Translations under genes and position numbers: made by a program
Shown here: positions 10,457-19,589 of the stretch, piece after piece
Layout: each line of letters opens with the position of its first letter
Numbering within the stretch: the first letter of the stretch is position 1
The notes under the pieces: generated by a model
The model's database searches: none
What the model was told of the DNA's origin: nothing
What the model saw: only the letters and a program-made list of their open reading frames with translations
Origin: Pseudomonadota bacterium
GTDB lineage: Bacteria; Pseudomonadota; Gammaproteobacteria; Burkholderiales; Burkholderiaceae_D
NCBI GenBank assembly: GCA_040385645.1
Contig: JAZKGZ010000016.1
Coordinates: 36,935 to 100,934, forward strand
Direction of reading: 5' to 3'
DNA length: 64,000 nucleotides

Positions 10457-12460
10457 TCACTCGTCGTCGTGAACTTGCTGCTCCGGATACACTTGACCTG
10501 GCACTTTGAGACGCGTGCTAGTGGTCGCGGCGAAAATCTGCTCCATCGGCAATTTCGGCGTGCGATCTTCGCAAAGCAAACCGTTCGCCTCTTGGAAGGT
10601 ATCGGCGAACTGGGTATAGCAAAAACCGCTGAACATGGACGTGTCATTGACTACTTGCAACAGCTTCTGATAACGACTAAAAAAATCGGCGTCGGTCGTC
10701 ACGCTGGAATAACCCCAGTTTTTCTTGCTGGCTTCGCTTGGAAATTTGTCGAAAGCGATGCCACCGAACTCGGTCAACACGATCGGCTGGCCACGATGTG
10801 GGTAGCCATCCAGCGTCAGAATCCTGCCGCCAGGGCGCCTACGATCGAACAGGTCCTGCGCCTGCGACGTGCCGTAGCGCGCCTGGATATGATCGGGATT
10901 ATCGTCGTAATCATGTATGCCCAGCACATCGGTGGCCGAAGCTTCCCAACCATCATTGCCGATCACCGGACGGGTGGCATCGAGCGTCTTGGTCAGGTGG
11001 TAAAGCGCTTCCACCGCATTCCGGTGCGCCTGAGTCGAGGTCAGATTCGGCACCCCCCATGATTCGTTGAAAGGTACCCAGGTGATGATGCAAGGATGGC
11101 TGTAATCCCGCTCGATCACTTCGCCCCACTCCTTGACCATGCGCCGAATCGCCAACGGGCTGAAGCGATAGGCCGACGGCATCTCCTCCCACACCAGCAG
11201 ACCCAACTTATCGGCCCAGTAGAGATAACGCGGGTCTTCGATCTTCTGATGTTTGCGTACCCCATTGAAGCCCATCGCCTTGGCCAGTTCGACATCGCGC
11301 CGCAGGGCATCGTCGGACGGTGCGGTCAGTAGCGTATCGGGCCAGTAGCCCTGGTCCAGCACCATACGCAAGGGATACGGCCGGCCGTTGAGCATGAAAC
11401 GATCGCGATTGACATGCGCCGAGCGCAGCGCTGTGTAGGACCGGATGCGATCGAGCACTACATCGCCATGGCGCAAAATAATCTCCGCATCCAGCAGTGT
11501 CGGGCGTTCCGGGCTCCACAGCAATTCATTGCGCGAATCGTCGATACCGGGGTCGGAAAGACTGATCTTGCGATGCGCTTCACCGCCGATGATCTTATAG
11601 CGATCGTCGGCCAGTACCTTATCGCCATGCAAAATACGCGCCTCGACCGTCAAGCCATCTTGCAGATCGCCGACGATGAAGGTTTCACAACCGATTTCAA
11701 AGCCGTCGAAATGCGGCGTCCAGCGCACCTTGCTGATATACGTATGCGATACCTGTTCCAGCCAGACCGATTGCCAGATACCGGTAGTGCGTGGGTACCA
11801 GATCGAATGCGGCTCGAGTTGCCAGTCCTGCTTGCCACGGGGTTTGGCCAGATCGAGCGGGTCGTCTTCGACCCAAACCGTTACCACCTGCTGCCCATCG
11901 TGCTTCAAGGCGCGTGAGATATCGGCAGAAAACGGCGTGTGACCACCCTCGTGTTCCGCCACCAACTGGCCATTGACCCAGACCTTGGCGCGATAATCTA
12001 CCGCTCCGAAGTGCAGCAGGGTGCGGCCCGATGTCGGCGCAATATGAAAATCACGTTGATACCAGCAGCAGCGATGAAAACCACGGTCACCGATGCCGCT
12101 GGCTTGCGACTCTGGCGGGTATGGCACCAAAATTTCAGCAGACCAGGGAATCGGGTCGCTCGGCTCTTCAAAGCGTCGTTCGTTGTCGAAGGTGAAGCGC
12201 CAAGGCCCATTGAGCGACATCCACTGCTCGCGCACCAGTTGCGGACGCGGATACGCGAATGCAGAGATCGGGTCGCCCTGTGTGCCAGGAGTTGGACTAT
12301 TACCGGCACCGTGATGAACCGATTTAGGCTTCGCGGCGGAGCTGGACGAGTCAAAAGCAGATGTAGCGGAGAGGTGAACGGAGACGTCAGCGGAATTGTC
12401 GGCGGAATTATTATTCATAGTGTAGTCGCGAGCAGGCTTGTCATCACGGGTCGCCGGCAT
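10457..12460 (-). CDS. Glycoside hydrolase family 2 protein
   Basis: 667-aa ORF with a sugar-binding/Ig-like/TIM-barrel layout. Recognisable blocks are VWVNGQLVAEHEGGHTPF, GFNGVRKHQKIEDPRYLYWADKLGLLVWEEMP and FNESWG. Confidence 0.75.
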   Translation of the reverse strand: MPATRDDKPARDYTMNNNSADNSADVSVHLSATSAFDSSSSAAKPKSVHHGAGNSPTPGTQGDPISAFAYPRPQLVREQWMSLNGPWRFTFDNERRFEEPSDPIPWSAEILVPYPPESQASGIGDRGFHRCCWYQRDFHIAPTSGRTLLHFGAVDYRAKVWVNGQLVAEHEGGHTPFSADISRALKHDGQQVVTVWVEDDPLDLAKPRGKQDWQLEPHSIWYPRTTGIWQSVWLEQVSHTYISKVRWTPHFDGFEIGCETFIVGDLQDGLTVEARILHGDKVLADDRYKIIGGEAHRKISLSDPGIDDSRNELLWSPERPTLLDAEIILRHGDVVLDRIRSYTALRSAHVNRDRFMLNGRPYPLRMVLDQGYWPDTLLTAPSDDALRRDVELAKAMGFNGVRKHQKIEDPRYLYWADKLGLLVWEEMPSAYRFSPLAIRRMVKEWGEVIERDYSHPCIITWVPFNESWGVPNLTSTQAHRNAVEALYHLTKTLDATRPVIGNDGWEASATDVLGIHDYDDNPDHIQARYGTSQAQDLFDRRRPGGRILTLDGYPHRGQPIVLTEFGGIAFDKFPSEASKKNWGYSSVTTDADFFSRYQKLLQVVNDTSMFSGFCYTQFADTFQEANGLLCEDRTPKLPMEQIFAATTSTRLKVPGQVYPEQQVHDDE

Positions 12461-12579
12461 TGATACCGACTACAAATGAACGCGCTGCCTTTATCATAAA
12501 GAATGCAATTGGAGCACATTCAGCGCGCGCTGTTCCCTTTGATGCAAAAGAAATGTTCCTGTGTCATCTTTCCTGCGGT

Positions 12580-14778
12580 CTAGGCGATCTGTCTGAAGGC
12601 TTCGACGTCCCGAACGTAGCGCTGGATCGCTTCATCGAGTGGCGGCAAAATCAAGCCACGCTCGCTGGTCAACGCCGTGACGCAGTGTTCGCCGTGATCC
12701 GCACGCACCAAGCCACCAACATCGACGCGTGCGGCATCGGCCACCTGCAGCGCCAGTTCGTGCCACGAAACCAATCCTTGGTTGGCGAGGTGCCAGACAC
12801 CGCTGGCACCGTCGATCAACAGATCGAGCGCCGCGTGTACCAAGTCGGGCACGTAAGTTGGTGAAACCATCGTGCGGGCATTGGCTTCCACCGTGCGGCC
12901 GGCGCTGAGATTTTCAACGACGCCGTGGACGAAATTATAGCGATCCCATGGCCCGAAAAAGGCACTGGTGCGAATCACCAAGGCATGTGGCCAGGCATCT
13001 GCCACCAGGCGTTCCGCGGCGGCTTTGCTGCTGCCATAGATACCGGTCGGGCAAACCAGATCGCTTTCGACATACGCGCGACCGAGCGAGCCGTCGAACA
13101 CCAGATCCGACGAAAAGGTTACATAGGGAATGCCCAGCCGCGCGCATGCCCGGGCCAGGGTTTCGGCACCGGTGGCATTTTCACGATAACAGCGGTCGGC
13201 TTCCCGCTCGGCCTGATCTACCCGTACATAGCCGGCCGCATTGACGACCGCCCACGGTCGATAACGTGCCAGCGCTGCCTCGACCGAGGCGGTATCGGTG
13301 ATGTCCATATCGGACCGGGTGAACAGGTCGTAATCCAAGCCGCGGTGGCTGCAAAGACGGGCGAACGCTTGGCCCAATGTGCCGGTCGCACCAGCAATGG
13401 CGATACGACGGGGTGCGGCGGACTTCACTGTCGCCGGTAAAGCTGGCGCATGATAATACCGCGCATCGCGGTGCCACCAACCCAGGCGATCCAACACCGG
13501 ATGATCGAATTCTCCGGTAGAAGCGAGTGCTTGAGCGGCGGTGGCCAGCGCCGTCGGCCGTGGGGGCTGGCAACGTGCATCGAAAACGCCGCTTTCGTAA
13601 AAATTGTTTTGCCGCGTCAGCAGCGTGTTCCAATCCACACATCCGAACAACGACCACACCGTCACCGCCCGTACATCCGCGCCCTGCTCGCGCACGGCTT
13701 TCGCCGCCTGCCATACTTCCACCAGCCAGCGCAGTTGTTCATCCCGGCTGCAACCATGGTGCGCTTCGGTCACGGCCAGCGGCAAACCGTACCGCTCCCA
13801 CGCTTCCATCAAACGGGCCTGGGGGCCGGTGCACGGTTCGGGGAAATCGATGCGTACCGCTTCGACATCGGCATAGGCATCACGATCGTTATTCGCCTGA
13901 TGCTGCTCGGGATACTTTTCGTAACGATGGTCGAGGAAACGTTCGCTCGTTAGATAGTGATTGATGCCGATGACATCCGGTGGGCAAGCATTTTCTTGAA
14001 AAAATCTTAGGATTGCCGGATCGATTCCGGCTTTCAAGAAGCGGCGGTACCAGGGATGGTCTTCATCGACCCGGCCACATAAAAGATCGAAACCGAGCCA
14101 CCGTCGCTGGTTTTCATGCTCGGCCTGATATTGCATAGCCGGCGTGCTGAATGTTTTTCCCAAATCCTCGGTTTGAATTAGCTGTGCGCCGGGGGTTACG
14201 TTTCTAATCGCCTGCATTGACAATACGATCGCGCGGCATTGAACGATCAATGCCTGTAAAAATGTAGCGATGCTGCGCCCGTGCGGATACCAATGCCCAT
14301 ATAGCCCGGAAAAGCGTGCCGTGGTCAATGGTTCGTTGACCGGTGTGAATTGCGTCAGCCAGGGATACCTTACGGCAACGCGCCGCGCATGTTGGGCCAG
14401 CATTTCCGGAAAACGCGGATCGAGGAGACTGGTATAACGTGGGCCGCTGCCGTGATGTACCAGACCGGCGATGGGGGTGATGTCTAATTCACGTAGGCGC
14501 TGCAACCGGGCATCGTGCCATGCCCATTCGGCCTGGTCAGGATCGTCGGGCGAGATGGTTTCCCACAGAACCGGGTACCGCACCGTCCGAATCCCGAGTC
14601 CGGCAATCGTGTCGAGATCTTCAATACGACCAACATGTCCGGTTTCCTCGGCCTGATTACGAAAGACATCGCCAACGCGCGCGACAGTGCATTCGATACC
14701 GCCCCACAGCGCAAGCGGCGGCTGGGAGAAAGATCGAGACTCTGTCGACTCAGGAAATGGGAGGATATGTGCATTCAT
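12580..14778 (-). CDS. Fusion protein with an N-terminal GH1-like TIM-barrel domain and a C-terminal RmlD-type (dTDP-4-dehydrorhamnose reductase-like) NAD(P)-binding domain
   Basis: The N-terminal half has WGGIECTVARVGD and RYPVLWETISP. The C-terminal half has IAIAGATGTLGQAF, VVNAAGYVRVDQAE and YGSSKAAAE (Rossmann fold plus YxxxK). Confidence 0.7.
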   Translation of the reverse strand: MNAHILPFPESTESRSFSQPPLALWGGIECTVARVGDVFRNQAEETGHVGRIEDLDTIAGLGIRTVRYPVLWETISPDDPDQAEWAWHDARLQRLRELDITPIAGLVHHGSGPRYTSLLDPRFPEMLAQHARRVAVRYPWLTQFTPVNEPLTTARFSGLYGHWYPHGRSIATFLQALIVQCRAIVLSMQAIRNVTPGAQLIQTEDLGKTFSTPAMQYQAEHENQRRWLGFDLLCGRVDEDHPWYRRFLKAGIDPAILRFFQENACPPDVIGINHYLTSERFLDHRYEKYPEQHQANNDRDAYADVEAVRIDFPEPCTGPQARLMEAWERYGLPLAVTEAHHGCSRDEQLRWLVEVWQAAKAVREQGADVRAVTVWSLFGCVDWNTLLTRQNNFYESGVFDARCQPPRPTALATAAQALASTGEFDHPVLDRLGWWHRDARYYHAPALPATVKSAAPRRIAIAGATGTLGQAFARLCSHRGLDYDLFTRSDMDITDTASVEAALARYRPWAVVNAAGYVRVDQAEREADRCYRENATGAETLARACARLGIPYVTFSSDLVFDGSLGRAYVESDLVCPTGIYGSSKAAAERLVADAWPHALVIRTSAFFGPWDRYNFVHGVVENLSAGRTVEANARTMVSPTYVPDLVHAALDLLIDGASGVWHLANQGLVSWHELALQVADAARVDVGGLVRADHGEHCVTALTSERGLILPPLDEAIQRYVRDVEAFRQIA

Positions 14779-14943
14779 GTCGTTTGATCACCGTAGGTTC
14801 GAAAGAAATGCGCAGGATGGCTAGGCAAAAAATATATCGATATTGTTAATAAACTTATAACTAATCAGACGTAACGATTCGTTATTAGTTTGATCAATCC
14901 CTTGAAACCGACGAGCTTAAAATTGGATTTTCACGCAGGTTTA

Positions 14944-15243
14944 TTAAGCCTCAGATTCTTGCGAACCTTCCAGTACATGCTCGACATTATCCGAGCCGTC
15001 GCCGATCAAACTTTTCCAGGCGCGATGAAAATATGCGCTCTCCGGCATGGTCGGCGCAGAGCGCCAGATCACTCTGAGCACACCTTTGTGATCATGCAGG
15101 TGTACCAGTTTAGTGATGCATTGCCGGTTTTCATCCACATCCGCCAGCGCAATCGCATAGCCGTAAACCCGGTTCAAACGTTCGATGCGGTCGAATTCGA
15201 CCTCGCTATTGGTCGCGCTGATGCGTGGATGATCAAGATACAT
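14944..15243 (-). CDS. Hypothetical protein (99 aa)
   Basis: Its composition is protein-like, and its start overlaps the stop of the upstream methyltransferase gene by 11 nt. Confidence 0.45.
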   Translation of the reverse strand: MYLDHPRISATNSEVEFDRIERLNRVYGYAIALADVDENRQCITKLVHLHDHKGVLRVIWRSAPTMPESAYFHRAWKSLIGDGSDNVEHVLEGSQESEA

Positions 15244-16099
15244 GGCATTCCCGGGAGGCGGTTTTTGTGGTCACCGATACCAGCGGCGGGAAAAACCGCG
15301 TACGCATTTCCTGCAACCCCAGTTTTTCCAACACATCATGCAGGCGCTGGACCGGTTCAGCCCGTGGGGCATGCAATCGCTTGGCAATAATCAGTTCATT
15401 TTTCATCGAGTGCTCCCAACCTACGAGTTCCGTAACGCTTACTTGATATCCATGCGCCTCCAGTTGCAGGCAACGCAGAACATTAGTCACTTGACTACCG
15501 AATTCGCGCGTATGCAGGGGATGCCGCCAAAGTTCTGACAGTGGCTCTTTTTTTTCGGCGACGGATTTGTTCTTCTTCAACACCGCTGCCACCTCTGCCT
15601 GACAACACGGCACCAGAACGATAAAACGCGCCTGGCGCCGCAAAGCGAAATCGATGGCATCGTCGGTAGCGGTATCGCACGCATGAAGTGCCGTGACAAC
15701 ATCGATTTTTGGAGGAAGCAATGAGGAATTTATCGATTGAGCAACGCTTAAATTAAGGAACGTCATTCGAGAAAAGTGCAGGTCGGCTGCTAGCTGGGCG
15801 GATTTGTGTACCAAGTCGGGACGCGATTCGATGCCATAGATATGCGAAGAATCATCGCGCGCCTTAAAAAATAAATCGTAAAGCAGAAAACCGAGATAAG
15901 ACTTGCCGGCACCATGGTCGACCAGTGAAATTGCCGTCTGGGTCTTGAGCGTTTCAAGTAATAAAGGCTCGATGAATTGCACCAGATGATTTACCTGCTT
16001 TAATTTACGGCGGCTATCTTGGTTCATTTTGCCGTCACGCGTAAGGATATGCAATTCCTTGAGCAGCGCCACTGACTGACCGGGCAGTACTTCATGCAT
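15233..16099 (-). CDS. SAM-dependent methyltransferase (Methyltransf_32-like)
   Basis: Motif I-like LVDHGAGKSYLG and ALHACDTATD. Confidence 0.65.
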   Translation of the reverse strand: MHEVLPGQSVALLKELHILTRDGKMNQDSRRKLKQVNHLVQFIEPLLLETLKTQTAISLVDHGAGKSYLGFLLYDLFFKARDDSSHIYGIESRPDLVHKSAQLAADLHFSRMTFLNLSVAQSINSSLLPPKIDVVTALHACDTATDDAIDFALRRQARFIVLVPCCQAEVAAVLKKNKSVAEKKEPLSELWRHPLHTREFGSQVTNVLRCLQLEAHGYQVSVTELVGWEHSMKNELIIAKRLHAPRAEPVQRLHDVLEKLGLQEMRTRFFPPLVSVTTKTASRECHVS

Positions 16100-16137
16100 C
16101 GTTAGTCACCGTCGGCAAAAAATTAATCAAGCAGACC

Positions 16138-16341
16138 TCAAAGCATGCCAGCGACGACTTGTGGCGGCGGTGCTTCGCCTGGCTCGCGTACGACAGGGTC
16201 TGGATCGGGAATCGGGTCTTCATCCGGACTCGGCGAATCGCCTGGGAGGGGTTCATCTTCAGGCAGCGGCGCGCGGTGTGCGGTCAAAGCTGCGGTAGGG
16301 TGCACATCAAAATGTGCAACGTGATGATCGATCAGATACAT
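16138..16341 (-). CDS. Small Pro/Asp/Glu-rich hypothetical protein (67 aa)
   Basis: Strong SD (AGGAG) 6 nt upstream of the ATG. Same strand as the methyltransferase gene and just upstream of it. Confidence 0.45.
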   Translation of the reverse strand: MYLIDHHVAHFDVHPTAALTAHRAPLPEDEPLPGDSPSPDEDPIPDPDPVVREPGEAPPPQVVAGML

Positions 16342-16509
16342 GCCTTACTCCTAAATCATGGCAACGAATCGGGCGGACGAGCCCCTCGTACCTTCCTGCA
16401 TCTTAGGAGGGCAATAACGAAAGCAGCGTTAGCTGGATCACACACACAAGAAAATACCCAGCGGTTCTAGAAGATATGGGCAGCGTGCGAAGAGCGATCG
16501 GGTGGCATT

Positions 16510-16761
16510 TTATTCTGCAGGAATACTACGCAGACGGGCCATCAATTGGTCGGTTTCAAGGCTGGAATCGTACTGCTTTCCACCTTTACGATAGATCGTC
16601 GCGCCCACGGTTGCTAAAAAGGCAAAATCTTGCTCGGAAACGCTTGGCCGTATGTGTACGAGAAATTCGGCAAATGCGGATACCAAATCTTCCATTGCCA
16701 GAACATCTTCCAGTTTGGAGGCAAGCTTGCTCATAATCACGATTGCATCGTCTTTGTCCAT
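16510..16761 (-). CDS. Hypothetical protein (83 aa)
   Basis: The internal ATG (MDKDDAIVIM) is preceded by GAGGT. The longer N-terminus in the track ORF looks non-coding. Confidence 0.45.
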   Translation of the reverse strand: MDKDDAIVIMSKLASKLEDVLAMEDLVSAFAEFLVHIRPSVSEQDFAFLATVGATIYRKGGKQYDSSLETDQLMARLRSIPAE

Positions 16762-16909
16762 GCTTACCTCACAAACGTCAGGAGAATTTATTCTGGCGGG
16801 AGGGCTTGACAAAAGAAATAGCAGAAAGGAAAAACCATCCAATACAGGGACTTATATAGACTTAGCGTCGCTACGGCACCACAAATTCACGCCTAGGCTT
16901 GATCTTTTG

Positions 16910-17203
16910 TTACGGCCAAGGTGCCGGTGTGACAGGTAAATACTGATTTGCATCATTTTCTCCACCAGTGGCAGACACATTTGCGGCAGGCTGGCCATGT
17001 TCGCCGCTTGCATGAAGCTTGGCTCCAAGCAACAGATCCATTTCTCGCCGGCCGGCGCTAAAATCGGCATTTGTCAGAGGGTCGCTGTGCTGCGGCCATT
17101 GGCTTATCATCCACGAGGTAAATGCCTCGTAACGCTCGAGCGCTTCAGTAGCAAATCGATCGACGCGTTCGTGATTGGTTTGTTCTCGATCGGTATCGGA
17201 CAT
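16910..17203 (-). CDS. Hypothetical protein (about 97 aa)
   Basis: ORF with protein-like composition. The start is uncertain (MSDTDREQ preferred). Confidence 0.4.
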   Translation of the reverse strand: MSDTDREQTNHERVDRFATEALERYEAFTSWMISQWPQHSDPLTNADFSAGRREMDLLLGAKLHASGEHGQPAANVSATGGENDANQYLPVTPAPWP

Positions 17204-17366
17204 AGCAAAACTTTCGGCGAGAGAAAACAGGTAACTCTTAGAGGTAACGTTCGCTGCATTTGATTGGTGCACGATTCAATAAAAAGCCAAATGCGTAGCC
17301 GAACGACGGTTTGTCCAGATGATAATTGGTGTTTGCCGATGATCTAAGTCACCCGGCGCACTTTCG

Positions 17367-18575
17367 ATGCATGATATTCTCTACGTCCAGCAAGTAGGCA
17401 GACAAACCATGTTTTGCCGGCACGCATCGATAAAGGAACGCAAAATTAACCGACTTAAACAACTCGCCCAGTTGCTGGAGACCGAAGGGCAAGTATTGCT
17501 AGCGACTTGGCGCACGTTGCTCAAGCAATTGCCATCGGCTAAAAACCTCGATACGCCGACGCTCAACGATCATATTCCAGGCCTGTTGCTCGAATTGATT
17601 ACCGAGCTTCGCACGAACCCCTCGGCATCTGTTTCTTCGGTACTTCCAGGAAACACCCCGCCTGCGCACGGTCTACAACGTCTTGAAGATGGGTTCGAGA
17701 TTGAAGAAGTCGTTACTGAATACAACATCCTACGCGGCTGTATTCACGATTTGGCGTTGGCGCATCAAATCGATTTACAAGGAGCACCGTTCCATGTGGT
17801 GAACCGCGTACTCGATATGGCGATCGGTTCGGCAGTGCAGACTTTTGCCACGCAACAAGCCCGCAAGATTCAGTTGCGTCGTGAAGAATACCTGGCATTC
17901 GTCGCGCACGACCTGCGCACACCATTAAATGCGATCGGGCTGGCCGCACGTGTGATCGAATTGGCGTTGGCCGACGAACAGCGGCGCACGAAGCCAGTGC
18001 AGATGATTAAGACTCTGAACCGCAACGTGCACCAGCTATCGGCACTGGTCGACAAAATCTTGCATGAAAATCTTAACCTGGAAACGGAATCGGGTATCAA
18101 GCTCGAGCGCCGTCACCTCGACCTGTGGCCACTGGTTGAAGGGCTGATTCATGATCTGCATCCGGTTGCGGGTACTGGAAGTACCCAGTTGATCAACGAC
18201 GTGCCGGACGATCTGGTGGTGTACGCAGATGCCAATCTCTTGCGTCGCGTCTTTCAGAACCTGATCGCTAATGCGATTAATTACACACCGCGTGGCAAGG
18301 TCATCATCAATGCCCGAGAAAACATTGAAGCCGACGAGGTGGAGTGTTGCGTTATAGATAACGGTGAAGGCATCGCCAAAGACCAGCTATCAAAGATTTT
18401 TACGAAATACGAAAGCGACCCGGATCAATCACGCGGATATGGCTTGGGGCTGGCCATTTCCAAGACGTTCATCGATGCGCACGGCGGGATCGTCGGTGTA
18501 GAGAGCGTTATCGGTGTCGGCTCGACTTTTCGCTTTACTTTACCCGGAGAAAAAATCGCAGGTCAACCGGGATAG
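17367..18575 (+). CDS. Cytoplasmic sensor histidine kinase with no cognate regulator adjacent
   Basis: HisKA H-box FVAHDLRTPLNAI. HATPase blocks NLIANAINYTPRG, DNGEGI and GYGLGLAISK. No TM segment. Confidence 0.8.
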   Translation: MHDILYVQQVGRQTMFCRHASIKERKINRLKQLAQLLETEGQVLLATWRTLLKQLPSAKNLDTPTLNDHIPGLLLELITELRTNPSASVSSVLPGNTPPAHGLQRLEDGFEIEEVVTEYNILRGCIHDLALAHQIDLQGAPFHVVNRVLDMAIGSAVQTFATQQARKIQLRREEYLAFVAHDLRTPLNAIGLAARVIELALADEQRRTKPVQMIKTLNRNVHQLSALVDKILHENLNLETESGIKLERRHLDLWPLVEGLIHDLHPVAGTGSTQLINDVPDDLVVYADANLLRRVFQNLIANAINYTPRGKVIINARENIEADEVECCVIDNGEGIAKDQLSKIFTKYESDPDQSRGYGLGLAISKTFIDAHGGIVGVESVIGVGSTFRFTLPGEKIAGQPG

Positions 18576-19060
18576 CCGCAGTCTCTCGGCGAAAAAGCAA
18601 GCTTTCCTATGTCTTCGCCATCGTTCCCGCGATACGCATAGGCTAACGTGATGCGGTTCCGGAAAAATATTTTCAGGTCTTCTGCAGCGCATACGCGTTT
18701 TTGCAAAACCGGTCGCAGTGTCTGATAAAAACTTGCCGTCTCGATTTCATTGCTGCGCGAATTCACTAGCGTGTAGTAATAGGCGAACTGCTGACCGGGC
18801 TCGGCACTGACCTTTTCCAGTCTGGTGCTGGTATCGACTGTCTGCGGTAATTGGCGATTCATCTTCTGGCTCATTCTGACCAGCGTTTCGTCCAGATTAA
18901 CTTTTTCGCTACCGGTTTGGCCGAGCAAAGAATTGAAAAGCCCACCGATGTTTGCAGCATGGACTGGCACAGCTGAGGCTACCGACAAACACAACGCAGC
19001 ATTTAAAGTAAAACCTTTGAAAAGCTTTGCAGAGGTCGCTGAAATACCAGATTTAGCCAT
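18563..19060 (-). CDS. Secreted hypothetical protein
   Basis: Signal-peptide-like N-terminus (FTLNAALCLSVASAVPVHA). Confidence 0.5.
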   Translation of the reverse strand: MAKSGISATSAKLFKGFTLNAALCLSVASAVPVHAANIGGLFNSLLGQTGSEKVNLDETLVRMSQKMNRQLPQTVDTSTRLEKVSAEPGQQFAYYYTLVNSRSNEIETASFYQTLRPVLQKRVCAAEDLKIFFRNRITLAYAYRGNDGEDIGKLAFSPRDCGYPG

Positions 19061-19167
19061 GCGAATACCTCGTCGAGTCAATACCGGAGCGGCAGGCTTT
19101 TAGTCTAGCACCGAAGCCAGATCACATTGCTATTAATTACTGCAAGCAAATATTGCCAACAACCTCG

Positions 19168-19443
19168 TTAAAATTCATGATTTTCCAAAGCGCGGATGGC
19201 ACGTTCCTCAGCAGCTTTCCAGGCGGCCTCTTCGCTGCCGTACATACCTACCGGTATATAAGTTTCCGCAATTTCCGGCTCCCGCGTCAAACGGACGAAC
19301 ACCTGCGCTTCAAACATGTCTTCGGCGGCCGCAACAGCGACAATTCGTGCAATGTGCGAGCCACTTTGTAAAATTCGGCCTTCCGGCTGCGAAGGCGGTG
19401 TATCAGATGAGGACTTTATTGGTTCCATTGGATGAGCTTTCAT
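19168..19443 (-). CDS. Hypothetical protein (91 aa)
   Basis: ORF only; composition is plausible. Confidence 0.4.
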   Translation of the reverse strand: MKAHPMEPIKSSSDTPPSQPEGRILQSGSHIARIVAVAAAEDMFEAQVFVRLTREPEIAETYIPVGMYGSEEAAWKAAEERAIRALENHEF

Positions 19444-19589
19444 CAGGCATTGTTTTTCGGGTGTGCATTGCCCGGCATTTTACGAAAGAACCCGGCGAAA
19501 TATTCGGTAACTCACAACATCGATACCGATTTTAAACCCGCTTTTGAATTGGTTCCAGTCCATGTGCTGCAACGACCAAAACAGCGACG

